DNA of 62,107 bases, the filler included. It is 22 parts of 22 records of this genome, joined end to end, with 100 filler letters (N's around TTAATTAATTAA, not from the genome) between each part and the next. Parts side by side here need not be neighbours in the genome. Positions count along the whole stretch, not along the records: positions 1 to 2,116 come from SRR16133337_41366; positions 2,217 to 4,283 come from SRR16133337_41387; positions 4,384 to 6,622 come from SRR16133337_41443; positions 6,723 to 16,137 come from SRR16133337_41525; 18 more parts are not named here. One strand, 5' to 3'. The notes under the pieces were generated by a model. The model saw only the letters and a program-made list of their open reading frames with translations, had not been told where the DNA came from and searched no databases. Positions within the stretch are counted from its first letter, which is position 1. Every line of letters starts with the position of its first letter. Shown piece after piece: positions 1 through 11,188 of this stretch. The position numbers and the translations under genes were made by a program.

Positions 1-100
1 ATGGTGCGCGTGTTTTTTTTTTTAATATATTTCCCATAACCGCCACAAGTGAAAGAATGTGCAAACGATTTTCTTAATTTTATTGTATTTGTGCTTTTAG

Positions 101-2094
101 AAACCGAAAATGACACAACAATTATTGAATCTCCTCAAATTTCTGCAGATGAGCAAGAACCCCAAAACAACGAAGAAACAGATACCAGCGTAACACTTCA
201 AGCAGGCGTTCCTTGTTTTTCATCTCCAAATGGCGAAGAAATATCAAATTCTCATGACAATATTCCAGAACAAAACCCCTCTCTAGATATTGAAGAAAAT
301 TCGCTTGATTCATCCCTTTCAGGTATAACACACTTCTTGTTTGATTTATTTTCCGACATCAACCACATATTTCGACGAGCTCCAAAGCAATGGGAGTGAT
401 TGCACCCCAAAATTTCTTATTCTCCAAAACATGGTCTTGTGTTTATGTACTATCATCTCTTTCATTTACCAACCACTTGCAAAAGGTGATGACATTACTA
501 TATTTACAAACCCAAGAAATAATTCACGTATTTTTATCTTCTCTCTTTGAGAAATATCGAAAGGGTATGACGTTCGGCACATTAAACGCATATTATTGTA
601 TATGCGGTAGATATGTGTTGCGGGTATATATGTGGGTATATGTGCTGGGCGGTTTAAAGCCGTAGGACCCTCTTCCATTTTTTCAATTAAACGGCATTTT
701 TGAAGGAGTTATAGAGTTTCTGAGAAAAATGTGTTTGTTGATGGTTCTTGTTTCAGGCTGGAAAAATCATAAACCTGAACACAATATCATTGCGGGGACT
801 GATCCAACTCATACAACAACTCTTTTGGGTGAAAAGCAAACTCCAAAAATTGAAAAGAACGAAGAACAAACTCTTTCGAACAAAGAACCTGTTGATGATA
901 ACGAGGAAATTTCATCACGTTTTGTCGATGACGATAATTCAACTCAAAATGAAGAAGCCGAACATGAGCACAAAGAGGAACGCGTTCAGAGAGTAAGAAG
1001 ACCGTCCGACAAACAAGAAGACTGTCCGTATCTTGTTGATGATTCAGAAATCGATGGAGACTTTTCTCCAGGTAATGTAATTTGAAAGTTATGTTGTGTT
1101 TCTGTTTATGTGGAGATATTTCATAAGTTTCATCTGTAAAATTTCACAGCAAATTTGTGCGTAAAATTTTACTTTCATTGTAAACTTTTACATTACAATT
1201 TTACTTCCGCTGTACAATTTTACAGTCAGAGCTTATGAGATATCCACCACACGTGCATATGCTAAATGGCATTATCGATTGAAATCACTCCATTAAAGTA
1301 GTGAAATAGTGTTTTTGAAAAAATCTAAAATTTTAACCTCTACAATTATCAAACAAATTATAATGTCCGAGCAAGAGGGTTTTTAAACAGGATGTTTTTC
1401 TCGTGGCGGAGTGTGTTTCTGCAGGTTTCTGTGTTTGTAGGTGTGGGATTTTTCGACATTTCTTGATAGCCATATTACTGAATGAATGGGTGTGTAAAAT
1501 ATTTACCAATTTTTTTGTGCTTTAGAAACTGAAAATGACACAACAATGGTAACTACTGACACCCCCGAGAAACAACAGTTTCATGAACCTCAAAATAATA
1601 ACACAAATGATGTTCCTTCTTTTTCTCCTTCGAGTGAAGAAATCTTCAATTCTCATGACGATACTCCAGAGAAAAGCTCTTCGTCAGATATTGCCGGGAA
1701 ATCTCTTGACGCTAAACTTTCAGGTGCGATAATGTACTTTTTTTGTTTGGATTTTTTACAGTGAAAACATTTTTCGTGTATTATTATGATAGCCAAAAAT
1801 TGGAGTATTTGGGCTCAAAATTTCTTTTTTCATCCCAAATAAAATTTTCCCCATTATTAAAAAAAGCGTATGTTTCAGAACCTGAAAATGATGTCCTCAT
1901 TACCTCTGATCCAACTCATACAACTCTCTCAGATAAAAAGCGAACTCAAAAAATCCAAAACAATACGACGATAACATCAAAACATTCTGTTGATGATAAC
2001 GCGGATGTGTTTTCGCCAAGCGATGAAAAAGAAAGTTCATCGTCTGGCACTGACGCTTCCATCGAAACTGACGAAGAAGAATCTTGCGCTTCAG
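101..2094 (+). CDS. Partial eukaryotic spliced gene for a low-complexity acidic S/T/N/E-rich protein; exons 101-322, 757-1071, 1526-1723, 1879-2094
   Basis: Each exon has a pyrimidine-rich AG acceptor and a GT donor, and lengths are multiples of 3 (phase 1-1). Exons 1 and 3 (ETENDTT...NSHD..PE) and exons 2 and 4 (PE.....DPTHTT) are paralogous. Confidence 0.7.
1110..1250. mobile_element. MITE-like element with about 40-bp imperfect terminal inverted repeats, in an intron
   Basis: Left end gtggagatatttcataagtttcatctgtaaaatttcacagc resembles the reverse complement of the right end, gtggtggatatctcataagctctgactgtaaaattgtacagc. Confidence 0.5.
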
Positions 2095-2116
2095 GTATTG
2101 TCAAAAGCTAATGTGG

Positions 2117-2216
2117 NNNNNNNNNNNNNNNNNNNNNNNNNNNNNNNNNNNNNNNNNNNNTTAATTAATTAANNNNNNNNNNNNNNNNNNNNNNNNNNNN
2201 NNNNNNNNNNNNNNNN
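2117..2216. other. Artificial contig linker N44-TTAATTAATTAA-N44 (first of 21; others start at 4284, 6623, 16138, 18886, 21112, 24008, 26247, 28462, 30588, 33049, 36435, 38623, 41800, 44243, 47014, 50773, 53439, 55689, 57845, 59959)
   Basis: An identical 100-nt block with stop codons in all six frames recurs 21 times, and sequence character changes abruptly across it. Confidence 0.98.
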
Positions 2217-4441
2217 TTTCAGCATGCTCGAAATAGGCAAATTACATGAATCGTAAAATAAAATTTTCAAGTGTTTACCAGTATCCAACATAATTTATGT
2301 GTATCTTCGTTCATCCTTGATAGATTTTTTTACAAAAATATAGGGGGAAAATCGATGCTGTAAAATTCTTTGTCCTACACACTCCAAAGCTTCGTTAACT
2401 TTTTCGAAGTTATGAGGCCTTGCGACAGTAGATTTTACAGCACAACAAAAACAATGTTCTATCAAAAGTGAGCTCAAAAATCAAAAACATATCTTAAAAA
2501 AATCCTTAGACATATGAAATCTCAAGGAGAAAAAAGTTACCTAAGAAAAAGTTTTGTGAAAAATGTTTGAAAAATTCCCCCTTACTTCCGCACACATATC
2601 TGAATATGTAAAACAGAAGTGAATAGGTAGACATGCCACAATTTTAAAACTAAAATACCTGTCTTTTTGTAGAGTTTGAAATAATGTACTGGGAAGGATG
2701 TGCTCTGAAAACTTTGTCATACAAATGTACCAATTTCGTATTATTTGTCATTGAGTATGCAAGCGTTCCAACTAAATGCATCATTGGCGACCGATATGTT
2801 GAGCTCAAAGAAGCATTAATTGTGTCTGAAAGCTCTATTACGGTGTTTAAATTGCGTGTGCCTTCTGATATTTTCCTCTTTTTTGTGACCTTTCCAGTAT
2901 CTAAGAACAGAAGCAGTGTTTTAGGAATGGATTTCATAAATTCGACATCTATTTGTGAAAAAAGTTTAAAACACGTCCCCGACTTGAGTGTTATACTATG
3001 CCAATTTCACTTTTTGCTCCAAATATCTTGCATTTGTCACATGTCTTAACTGGTTTGGCATGTGTACAGAAAATTAAAAAAGTCAAGTACATTTTGCTTG
3101 CGAATTATGTCATCAATTTGTTTTAGCCTAAAAAGTTTGCAAATGTCACCGCCCTTAAAGTTGACAACATGAAAAATTTATTTTAGTGGTATCCTTGCAA
3201 TTGAGTTTTGCATATTTTTAATTCTTTTTTGCCAAAATGGTCTTTAGATAGAAATTCTATTTAAGTTTGAAAATTGTAGAAACTGTTAATGCTAGAAATG
3301 TTGAATTTATACCTGATGCGTGTGTTTTTGCGGATCGAACATTTTGTATGTCATCAAATGAGCTAAAAGAAATAACAATTTCAGTACATGATGTTGAAGA
3401 TCCATTGTATAGAGTGTAGAAATAAGTTTACATTTCACCTTTAATGGCACAGACGCATGAAACACAGATCCTCTACAATCAATTATGTTATATTTTACAG
3501 GTACATTCAAATTACATAATTGTAACCCAGTTAATAATATTCGTGCTTCTATCAATTTAGCACTAGTTTTCATATGATGATTCGGGAAAAAAAAGCTGTT
3601 TCCCTAAAATATTTTCATCTTGATATCCAGTGTTTTTCAAAACATTAGAATTTCATAGTGAGATTACCTTGCAGTGTTTTCTTTAATTTTCGTTGATTGA
3701 TCCTTGTAAGTAAGCGCATCTGATACATCACAAATGTCTTCCTAAATTCCACAAACAAGAAACAACATAATTCCCCACCAAAGAGAATTTAAGGCAGGAC
3801 AATGTGTTAGTATTTTAAGAAATTACATTTTCGGATTTTAGTATTGTTCCGTATCAAATGTTGTTTTTATTACACAAAAATTCAGCGTGTTGTAGTTTCT
3901 ATCACGTGTAACAAAATTGAATATAATTGTACGGTGAGGATTCTTCACTTTCAAATGTGAAACAGTTTGCGAATACACCCAAAAAGTTTAATATCGTACA
4001 AAAGTTTTACATGTCAACTAAAAAATAATCAATTATGGCACCCAAAATAGTTCTGTATTTCTTTCAAATGGATTATATTTGTAAATCTTCAACCCACATC
4101 CATAGACCATTATTTGGAATTTTAAGAAATGTGCAAAAAGCAGTTAAATCATCCACTCATAATCAAATGTATCCAGTTCTATTGTTAAACACATTACATA
4201 TGAAAATTTTTTTATTAATGAGTAGGATTCTGAACTGTGTTTTGCCTGCATGGGAAAACAGCAAATATATTGCAAAAAACACCNNNNNNNNNNNNNNNNN
4301 NNNNNNNNNNNNNNNNNNNNNNNNNNNTTAATTAATTAANNNNNNNNNNNNNNNNNNNNNNNNNNNNNNNNNNNNNNNNNNNNCTTATGGGGGAGAATAA
4401 AATTTTGATTTTTTACTGTTTTACATACGTTACATTTTTAG

Positions 4442-6489
4442 GTAGCTGAAAAGAAAACAGCCGATGATTCTTCTGACGATTCTTCGTCTGATGACTCTTC
4501 CGATGATTCCTCGGATGAAGAAGAATCAAAAGAACAAACCAAAAAAGTCGCTGTAAAGAAACCTGTAAGTTCACACACCTACGTATTTGCGAGCCAAATC
4601 TTATGCTAGACAAGATAGACATGTACGTTTTCATGAAAAGCGCTTCGTTTCAAAAGAACCTTGTTGTTGACAAATTTGTTTGTCGTGCCTAAATATAAAC
4701 GTTTGCTTTCTTTTCACTTTTTGTGTTCCTTTTTGTTGCAAAATATCATGTGAGGGATGGTAACGTGAAGAATGTGAATAATCAAACGTTTCCTATCACC
4801 AAACATTGAAACACCCAATTCAGAATCAACATCTTTTTTTTGAACATTTTTTTTCACATTTTGAGATACATTATTATGCAAAAATGGGTCTGTTGTGCAA
4901 TTTCCGAACTCGCATTGTTTGTTTCAGGAAACTAAGGAAGATTCAGATGACAGCAGTGACGATAGTGATGACAGTGAAGAAGAGGAAGAAAAGAAAGAGG
5001 TTAAAGCTGTACAAACCAAAAAGAAAGATGCTGAAGAAAGTGATTCTGATTCATCGTCATCAGAAGATGAGGATGATGACAGCTCAGACAGCGAAGAGGA
5101 AAAAACTCAAACTCCACCAAAAAAAACAGAACAACTTAAAAAACAGGTATTAAGTTGAAATAGTTGTGACAAAAATCCAAATCCCCAAAAGTTTAACTCA
5201 AACAAAACTTTTCATTTTGTCCCGCACAATCAATTTCCCGAATTCTTTCCCTCGTGATTTGCTTTAAGAAGCCACGTCAAGCCTTCAAATTAGTTCTTTA
5301 CAAAAATGATACTCTTTCATGCGTGGAAAATCGTGCAACATGTAAAAACTGAAATCTACATTTGAAGGTACCACGAGAACCAAAATTCAGTGTGTCACGC
5401 ACCACATGCTCTTCTGGCAAAATTGTATTAGGATTTTCTCACGAATACGAGTAGAAAAAGGAGATAGGGATGGCTGGTAACAACGCATTTTAAAACTGGA
5501 GAACGGGCAATAGATCGTTTTCCAGAATCACCATCAGCGTTATAAATGTTGTGTGTTAATATCTTTTTCTTTGTTTTGCCACTTTCAGGAAACTGCCGAT
5601 GATTCGTCTTCTGAAGAAGATTCAGATGATGAAGGTGACAGCTCTGAAGATGATGATGGCGACAAAGTTATGGCTGATGCGAAAACTTCAAAGGTGAGGA
5701 AAGAGTATTTTGTATGAATACGGGATTTTTTGAAATGTGGGTTTGAGTAATGTGACACTACATAAGAAACGAGGGGAATGCGTTTTTTTAAAAATTTAAC
5801 AATGCAATTGATTTTTTTGTCGCGAATTTCGGTGTGGGTGGAGTGGAGTGAGTAGGGTGTAGGGGAATAAACGTATAACACGGGTTGAGTTTCTATATGT
5901 CCCTGAAATTCCAACGTTTGTGGCCCTTTTTGATTGGAAATGGCGCTACGTTCAAGAAATGTCAGTTATAAGAAAAGTGCGTCATATCTTCGATCTTCCT
6001 TGGAAAACCTCTGTTGAAGTGTGGGGTGTGTGGTGGGATTAGATTGTTTGGGGGGTTGTGGGTCGTTTAACAGTACCACAGTGTCCAACCGAGTAAACAC
6101 ATTTACGGTCCACCTCTATATTTATTTGTTTTGGGATTTCAAAAAGAACAAGTTGCGTTTTAAAAATTACCCTTAGAGATTTTGTTGTTCTCACAACCAC
6201 CAGTTCACCCCTTAGTGTTTGGTTAGTTACCATGAATTTTGGGTGTTCAAAAACGAGGGAGTGTGTAAATTGACTCAATCTTTTTTTTTTGAAAAAAGAA
6301 GTGACACCAAAATATCTTTGTGTTTCTTTGCAAAATATTTAGGCGAAAAAACCAACTGCCACTGAAGATAGTAGCGACAGCAGCGAAGAAGAAGATGGTG
6401 ACGAATCTTCAGCAGATGAAGCAAGTGATGACGAAAGTTCATCAGAAGAAGAAGATGAAGAAAAAGACGTTGAAATGAAACCCCCATCC
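4442..6489 (+). CDS. Partial eukaryotic spliced gene with alternating acidic-serine and Lys-rich modules (nucleolin/Nopp140/Treacle-like nucleolar phosphoprotein); exons 4442-4564, 4928-5146, 5589-5693, 6343-6489
   Basis: Canonical AG/GT boundaries, all exons phase 0-0, translating to e.g. VAEKKTADDSSDDSSSDD...KKVAVKKP. The family call rests on composition only. Confidence 0.7.
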
Positions 6490-6782
6490 GTAAGAACAAA
6501 ACCGTGATTAGACACATGCATTTCGAAAATTCCAAATCATATGCACCATCGTTTCTAACTTCGGCGAAGCCAAAATATTTCTTTGGTATAAGGTGGAAAA
6601 AGGCGGTGTGTGTGTGTGTGTGNNNNNNNNNNNNNNNNNNNNNNNNNNNNNNNNNNNNNNNNNNNNTTAATTAATTAANNNNNNNNNNNNNNNNNNNNNN
6701 NNNNNNNNNNNNNNNNNNNNNNTAGAAACCCCAAAATTTTCGGGTTTCTAACAGGGTGAAGTATCTACTCAAAATAAAATTC

Positions 6783-6790
6783 TATTTTTG
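6783..6790 (+). promoter_or_regulatory. Bacteroidota sigma-A -7 box (TAnnTTTG) upstream of mnmE
   Basis: TATTTTTG lies 4 nt before the probable ATG at 6795. Confidence 0.5.
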
Positions 6791-6794
6791 CAAG

Positions 6795-8195
6795 ATGAAT
6801 CATCAAGATACTATTGTTGCTTTGGCAACTGCATCGGGAGTTGGAGCTATTGCTATTATTCGTTTGTCGGGAGAAAAAGCAATTTCCATCGCAGACCTTT
6901 GTTTTCAATCTGTCCACAAGCACAAATCTTTAGGGAACCAAAAATCGCACACCCTACATTTAGGGCATCTCCTAGAAGGGACTAGAATTGTTGATGAAGT
7001 TTTAGTGTCTGTATTTAAAAAACCCAATTCCTATACTGGAGAAAATACCGTTGAAATTTCTTGTCATGGTTCTAGTTATATCCAACAAGAAATCATTCAA
7101 TTGTTTTTAAAGAAAGGAGCTCGTATGGCTACTCCAGGTGAATTTACTTTACGTGCTTTTTTAAACGGAAAGCTAGATTTGAGTCAGGCGGAAGCCGTAG
7201 CAGATTTGATTGCCTCCGATTCAGAAGCTTCACACCAAATTGCCCTACAACAAATGCGAGGTGGATTTAGCAATGAAATTCAATTGTTACGAAAACAATT
7301 GCTAAACTTTGCCTCCTTAATTGAATTGGAACTCGATTTTTCCGAAGAAGATGTAGAATTTGCAGACCGTAACCAGTTTCAAGAATTGATTGCTAAAATT
7401 CAATTGGTATTGAAACGTTTGATCGATTCTTTTGCTATAGGAAACGTCCTTAAAAACGGAATCCCTGTAGCGATTATTGGAGAGCCCAATGTGGGGAAAT
7501 CTACCCTACTAAATGCTTTGCTAAACGAAGAACGCGCGATTGTTTCAGAGATTGCAGGAACTACAAGGGATACCATTGAAGATGAAATGATTATCAACGG
7601 AATCGCGTTTCGTTTTATAGATACTGCTGGAATTCGAGAAACCAAAGATGTTGTGGAAAATATTGGAATTAAAAAAACATTTGAAAAAATTACCCAAGCA
7701 CAAGTCGTTATTTATTTAGTAGATGCCGAAACAATCCATAAAAACCAAACAATTATGGAGGCAACGCTTAGGGAACTCGATAAAATAAAAAATCAGTTTC
7801 CACAAAAACAAGTACTCGTCATTGCCAACAAATCTGACAAAATTGAGGATATACCCTTAGAAAACTTAAAATCTCAAATTCCAGATTTGATGCCACTAAG
7901 TGCTAAGAAAAAAATTGGAATCGACAAATTAACCCAAAAACTGACTTCTTTAATCCATACAGGTGCTTTGCAAAACAACGAATCCCTAGTTACGAATTCT
8001 CGTCATTATGATGCCTTGCTAAAAGCCTTGAATGAAATTAACAAGGTGGATGAAGGAATGCACTTAGGAATTTCAGGGGATCTTTTGGCAATTGATATCC
8101 GTGAAACTTTGTATTTCTTAGGATTGATTACTGGTGAAGTTACTACGGACGATTTGTTAGGAAATATTTTTGCTAATTTTTGTATTGGAAAGTAA
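6795..8195 (+). CDS. mnmE: tRNA modification GTPase MnmE (TrmE)
   Basis: N-terminal DTIVALAT..G.GAIAIIRLSG, G1 GEPNVGKS, G2 GTTRD, G3 DTAG, G4 NKSD and C-terminal FCIGK. ATG 6795 is preferred over the upstream GTG 6756. Confidence 0.98.
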   Translation: MNHQDTIVALATASGVGAIAIIRLSGEKAISIADLCFQSVHKHKSLGNQKSHTLHLGHLLEGTRIVDEVLVSVFKKPNSYTGENTVEISCHGSSYIQQEIIQLFLKKGARMATPGEFTLRAFLNGKLDLSQAEAVADLIASDSEASHQIALQQMRGGFSNEIQLLRKQLLNFASLIELELDFSEEDVEFADRNQFQELIAKIQLVLKRLIDSFAIGNVLKNGIPVAIIGEPNVGKSTLLNALLNEERAIVSEIAGTTRDTIEDEMIINGIAFRFIDTAGIRETKDVVENIGIKKTFEKITQAQVVIYLVDAETIHKNQTIMEATLRELDKIKNQFPQKQVLVIANKSDKIEDIPLENLKSQIPDLMPLSAKKKIGIDKLTQKLTSLIHTGALQNNESLVTNSRHYDALLKALNEINKVDEGMHLGISGDLLAIDIRETLYFLGLITGEVTTDDLLGNIFANFCIGK

Positions 8196-8313
8196 TTAAG
8201 TTTCTTTTGTTTTCTAACTACTTGTTTTTATTGGTTTTAAAAGGTTTTGACTTCTCTTTGTTTATTTGTCTATAACGGTTTTCCTTCCTTTTATTTCCTT
8301 TTTTCTTCTTATA

Positions 8314-8331
8314 TTGGACAAAATTTGACAA
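8314..8331 (+). promoter_or_regulatory. Candidate operator for the XRE regulator
   Basis: ttggacaaaatttgacaa, a repeated/imperfectly symmetric motif just upstream of the HTH gene. Confidence 0.3.
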
Positions 8332-8349
8332 ATCAAAATATAAAAGGTC

Positions 8350-8655
8350 GTGAAATTAGGCAATCGCATTAAAGAGCTTAGAGAAAGTCAAGGATTACTC
8401 CAAAGGCAACTCTCGGCACAGTTAGAAATTGACACACCAATGTTCAGTAAAATTGAACGTGGTGAGCGTAAAGCCAAACGGGAACAGGTGCTAAAGATAG
8501 CTAAGTTACTCAAGGCTGATGAACAGGAATTGTTGGCTTTATGGTTAACAGACCAATTATTGGAAGTAGTCGCAGATGAAGACCAGGCTTTGCAAGCTTT
8601 AAAAAAGGCAACAAAAGATATTAAGGATAATAAGACAAATAAAGATTCAGAATGA
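8350..8655 (+). CDS. XRE-family helix-turn-helix regulator, probable R-M controller
   Basis: LGNRIKELRESQGLLQRQLSAQLEIDTPMFSKIERGER is an HTH_3 pattern; its stop overlaps the hsdM start (ATGA). Confidence 0.9.
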   Translation: MKLGNRIKELRESQGLLQRQLSAQLEIDTPMFSKIERGERKAKREQVLKIAKLLKADEQELLALWLTDQLLEVVADEDQALQALKKATKDIKDNKTNKDSE

Positions 8656-10706
8656 ACCAAACACAACATAATGCTATCGTAAATTTTATCTGGAGTATTG
8701 CAGATGATGTATTACGTGATGTATATACCAGAGGTAAATACAGAGATATTATTTTACCATTTACAGTATTAAGAAGATTGGATGCCATTCTTGAACCTAC
8801 TAAAGATAAGGTATTAGAAATGCACCAAAAGTTAAACGAAATGAAGATTGACAACCAATCGCCTCAACTTCGTAAAACAAGCGGTTATGTATTTTACAAT
8901 ACCTCTAACTATACCTTTAAAAGATTATTAAATGAACCTGGTAATATCCGTCAGAATTTAGAAACCTATTTAGATGGGTTTAGCAGTAATGTACAAGACA
9001 TCATTAGCAAGTTTAAACTACGCAACCAATTAGAAACTTTGGAAGATGGAAATATTACATTTCCATTAATAGAAAAGTTTTGTTCCAGCACCATAAATGT
9101 AAGCCCGAATCCTGTTACCGATAAAGACGGTAATGTGGTTATGGAAGGCTTAACCAATTTAGGAATGGGTTATGTGTTTGAAGAATTGATACGCAAGTTC
9201 AATGAAGAAAACAATGAAGAAGCAGGAGAACACTTTACGCCAAGAGAGATTATTAAGTTAATGACTCATTTAATTTTTGAACCCTTAAAAGGTAAAATTA
9301 AAGACGGAACCTATTTAATTTACGACCCAGCTTGTGGTAGTGGTGGTATGCTTACAGAAGCAGAACATTTTGCCAACAAACTCAACCCAAAGGCAACCTT
9401 TCATTTATACGGTCAAGAGGTAAATCCTGAGACCTATGCCATTTGTAAAGCCGATATGCTAATTAAAGATGAAGATCCAGAGAAAATTGCTTTTGGTTCT
9501 ACATTGAGTAAAGATGGATTTCCAAACTTACAATTCGACTTTATGATAAGTAACCCACCGTATGGGAAAACTTGGAAAGTAGATAAAGATGCCATTCTCG
9601 ACAAAAAAGAAATCATAGATCCAAGATTTTCTATAGGTGTACCAAGAATTAATGATGGACAATTACTTTTTGTAATGAACATTGTCTCTAAACTAAAGAA
9701 CAATAGTGTTTTAGGCAGTAGAGCAGCCACCATTCATAACGGTTCGGCTTTGTTTACAGGAGATGCAGGACAAGGAGAAACCGAAATACGCAAGTATCTT
9801 TTAGAAAATGATTTATTAGAAGTTATTATCGCTTTGCCTAACGACTTGTTCTACAATACTGGTATTCCTACCTATATTTTTATTCTTAATAATAAAAAGG
9901 ACACTAATCGAATAGGGAAATTGCAACTCATTAGTGTTACTACCGAGCAGTTTTACAATAAAATGCGGAAGCCTTTAGGTAAAAAACGAGTGGAGTTTAA
10001 TACTACACATATTAGAGCCATTACCGACTTGTTTTTAAACTTTGAAAACAACGAACACAGCATCATTTTAGATACTAAAGATTTTGGCTACAGCCAAATA
10101 ACAGTACAACAACCCTTAAAATTGTTAATGGTTAATTGTAAATTATTAATTGAAAATAATGAACTAACCATTGATGAGAAACTAAAAGACAAATACGAAT
10201 CAATAAAATATGAAATTGCCAACTTTTTTGACAATGACCAACATTTAGATTTCAATAAAGCTCAAATAGATTTTGCAAAGCACCTCAAAGCAAAAAAAAT
10301 AAAAGCCACCGAAAAGGAAATTAAAGATATTCTAATACTTTTTACCAAAAAAGACGAAAAAGCAAAACCCGTTTTCAAAAAATTAGCAGACTATAAAAAA
10401 GGGTTAAAGATTAATGATAAATTATTAATTGATAATTCACAATTAACCATTAACAATTCATTGAAGGACAAAGAAAATATCCCTTTAAAAGAGGATATAG
10501 CTATCTTTTTTGAAAAAGAAGTATTGCCATTTGTAGAGGATGCTTGGTACAACCCAAAAGAAACCAAAATAGGGTACGAAATAAACTTTGCCAAATACTT
10601 CTACAAACACAAAGCACCGAGAGCTTTAGAACAAATATCTGCCGATATTTTCAAGATTGAAGAAGAAACAGAACACCTATTAAAAGAAATTGTGAATAAT
10701 GGTTAG
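8652..10706 (+). CDS. hsdM: Type I restriction-modification methyltransferase subunit M (N6-adenine)
   Basis: FIWSIADDVLRD N-terminus, AGEHFTPRE, motif I YDPACGSGG, motif IV NPPY, LFYNTGIPTY and C-terminal KIGYEINF. Confidence 0.96.
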   Translation: MNQTQHNAIVNFIWSIADDVLRDVYTRGKYRDIILPFTVLRRLDAILEPTKDKVLEMHQKLNEMKIDNQSPQLRKTSGYVFYNTSNYTFKRLLNEPGNIRQNLETYLDGFSSNVQDIISKFKLRNQLETLEDGNITFPLIEKFCSSTINVSPNPVTDKDGNVVMEGLTNLGMGYVFEELIRKFNEENNEEAGEHFTPREIIKLMTHLIFEPLKGKIKDGTYLIYDPACGSGGMLTEAEHFANKLNPKATFHLYGQEVNPETYAICKADMLIKDEDPEKIAFGSTLSKDGFPNLQFDFMISNPPYGKTWKVDKDAILDKKEIIDPRFSIGVPRINDGQLLFVMNIVSKLKNNSVLGSRAATIHNGSALFTGDAGQGETEIRKYLLENDLLEVIIALPNDLFYNTGIPTYIFILNNKKDTNRIGKLQLISVTTEQFYNKMRKPLGKKRVEFNTTHIRAITDLFLNFENNEHSIILDTKDFGYSQITVQQPLKLLMVNCKLLIENNELTIDEKLKDKYESIKYEIANFFDNDQHLDFNKAQIDFAKHLKAKKIKATEKEIKDILILFTKKDEKAKPVFKKLADYKKGLKINDKLLIDNSQLTINNSLKDKENIPLKEDIAIFFEKEVLPFVEDAWYNPKETKIGYEINFAKYFYKHKAPRALEQISADIFKIEEETEHLLKEIVNNG
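10120..10458. repeat. 32-bp inverted repeat pair (10120-10151 and 10427-10458) built from 7-nt units, inside hsdM
   Basis: aattgttaatggttaattgtaaattattaatt versus reverse complement aattgttaatggttaattgtgaattatcaatt (2 mismatches). Confidence 0.85.
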
Positions 10707-11188
10707 TTGTTAATTATTAATGGTTAGAAATATTATGCAAAAAATTAAACTAAAATATTTAACAAAAGAACCTCTTCAATATGGAATTAATATTGAAGCT
10801 AAGTATTATAGAGATAATGGTATTAGATTTTTACGCACTACAGACATTAATGATGAAGGAGAAATTTTAAAAGATGGTATTTATTTAGATAAGAATGTTG
10901 TTCCTGAAAATTATTTATTAAAAAAAGGAGATATTCTTTTTTCAAGAAGTGGAACAATTGGTCGAGCGTATTTTCATAAAACTGATGAACCTATGACTTA
11001 TGCCGGGTTTTTAGTTCGTTTCAGGTTGGAAGATGTTGAATTGGCAAAATGGGTGTATTATTATTCTAAAACACCTGATTTTAAACAGGTATTATATAGT
11101 GAAGCTATTGAAAGTACTATACAAAATTTTAACGGACAAAAATATAATAATATCGCAATCCCTTCTAACCACTTACAACTAACCATTA
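10697..11188. repeat. Perfect 14-bp inverted repeat pair (10697-10710 and 11175-11188) of the same family, bracketing HsdS TRD1
   Basis: taatggttagttgt and acaactaaccatta are exact reverse complements, with further degenerate heptamers flanking each. Confidence 0.8.

Noticed and set aside
2217-4283. Decayed large DNA transposon on the minus strand
   Set aside because: Only short interrupted ORF fragments with a vague resemblance; no diagnostic catalytic motif.
6623-6722. Bacteria-to-eukaryote horizontal transfer junction
   Set aside because: The junction is a synthetic linker, not biological adjacency.
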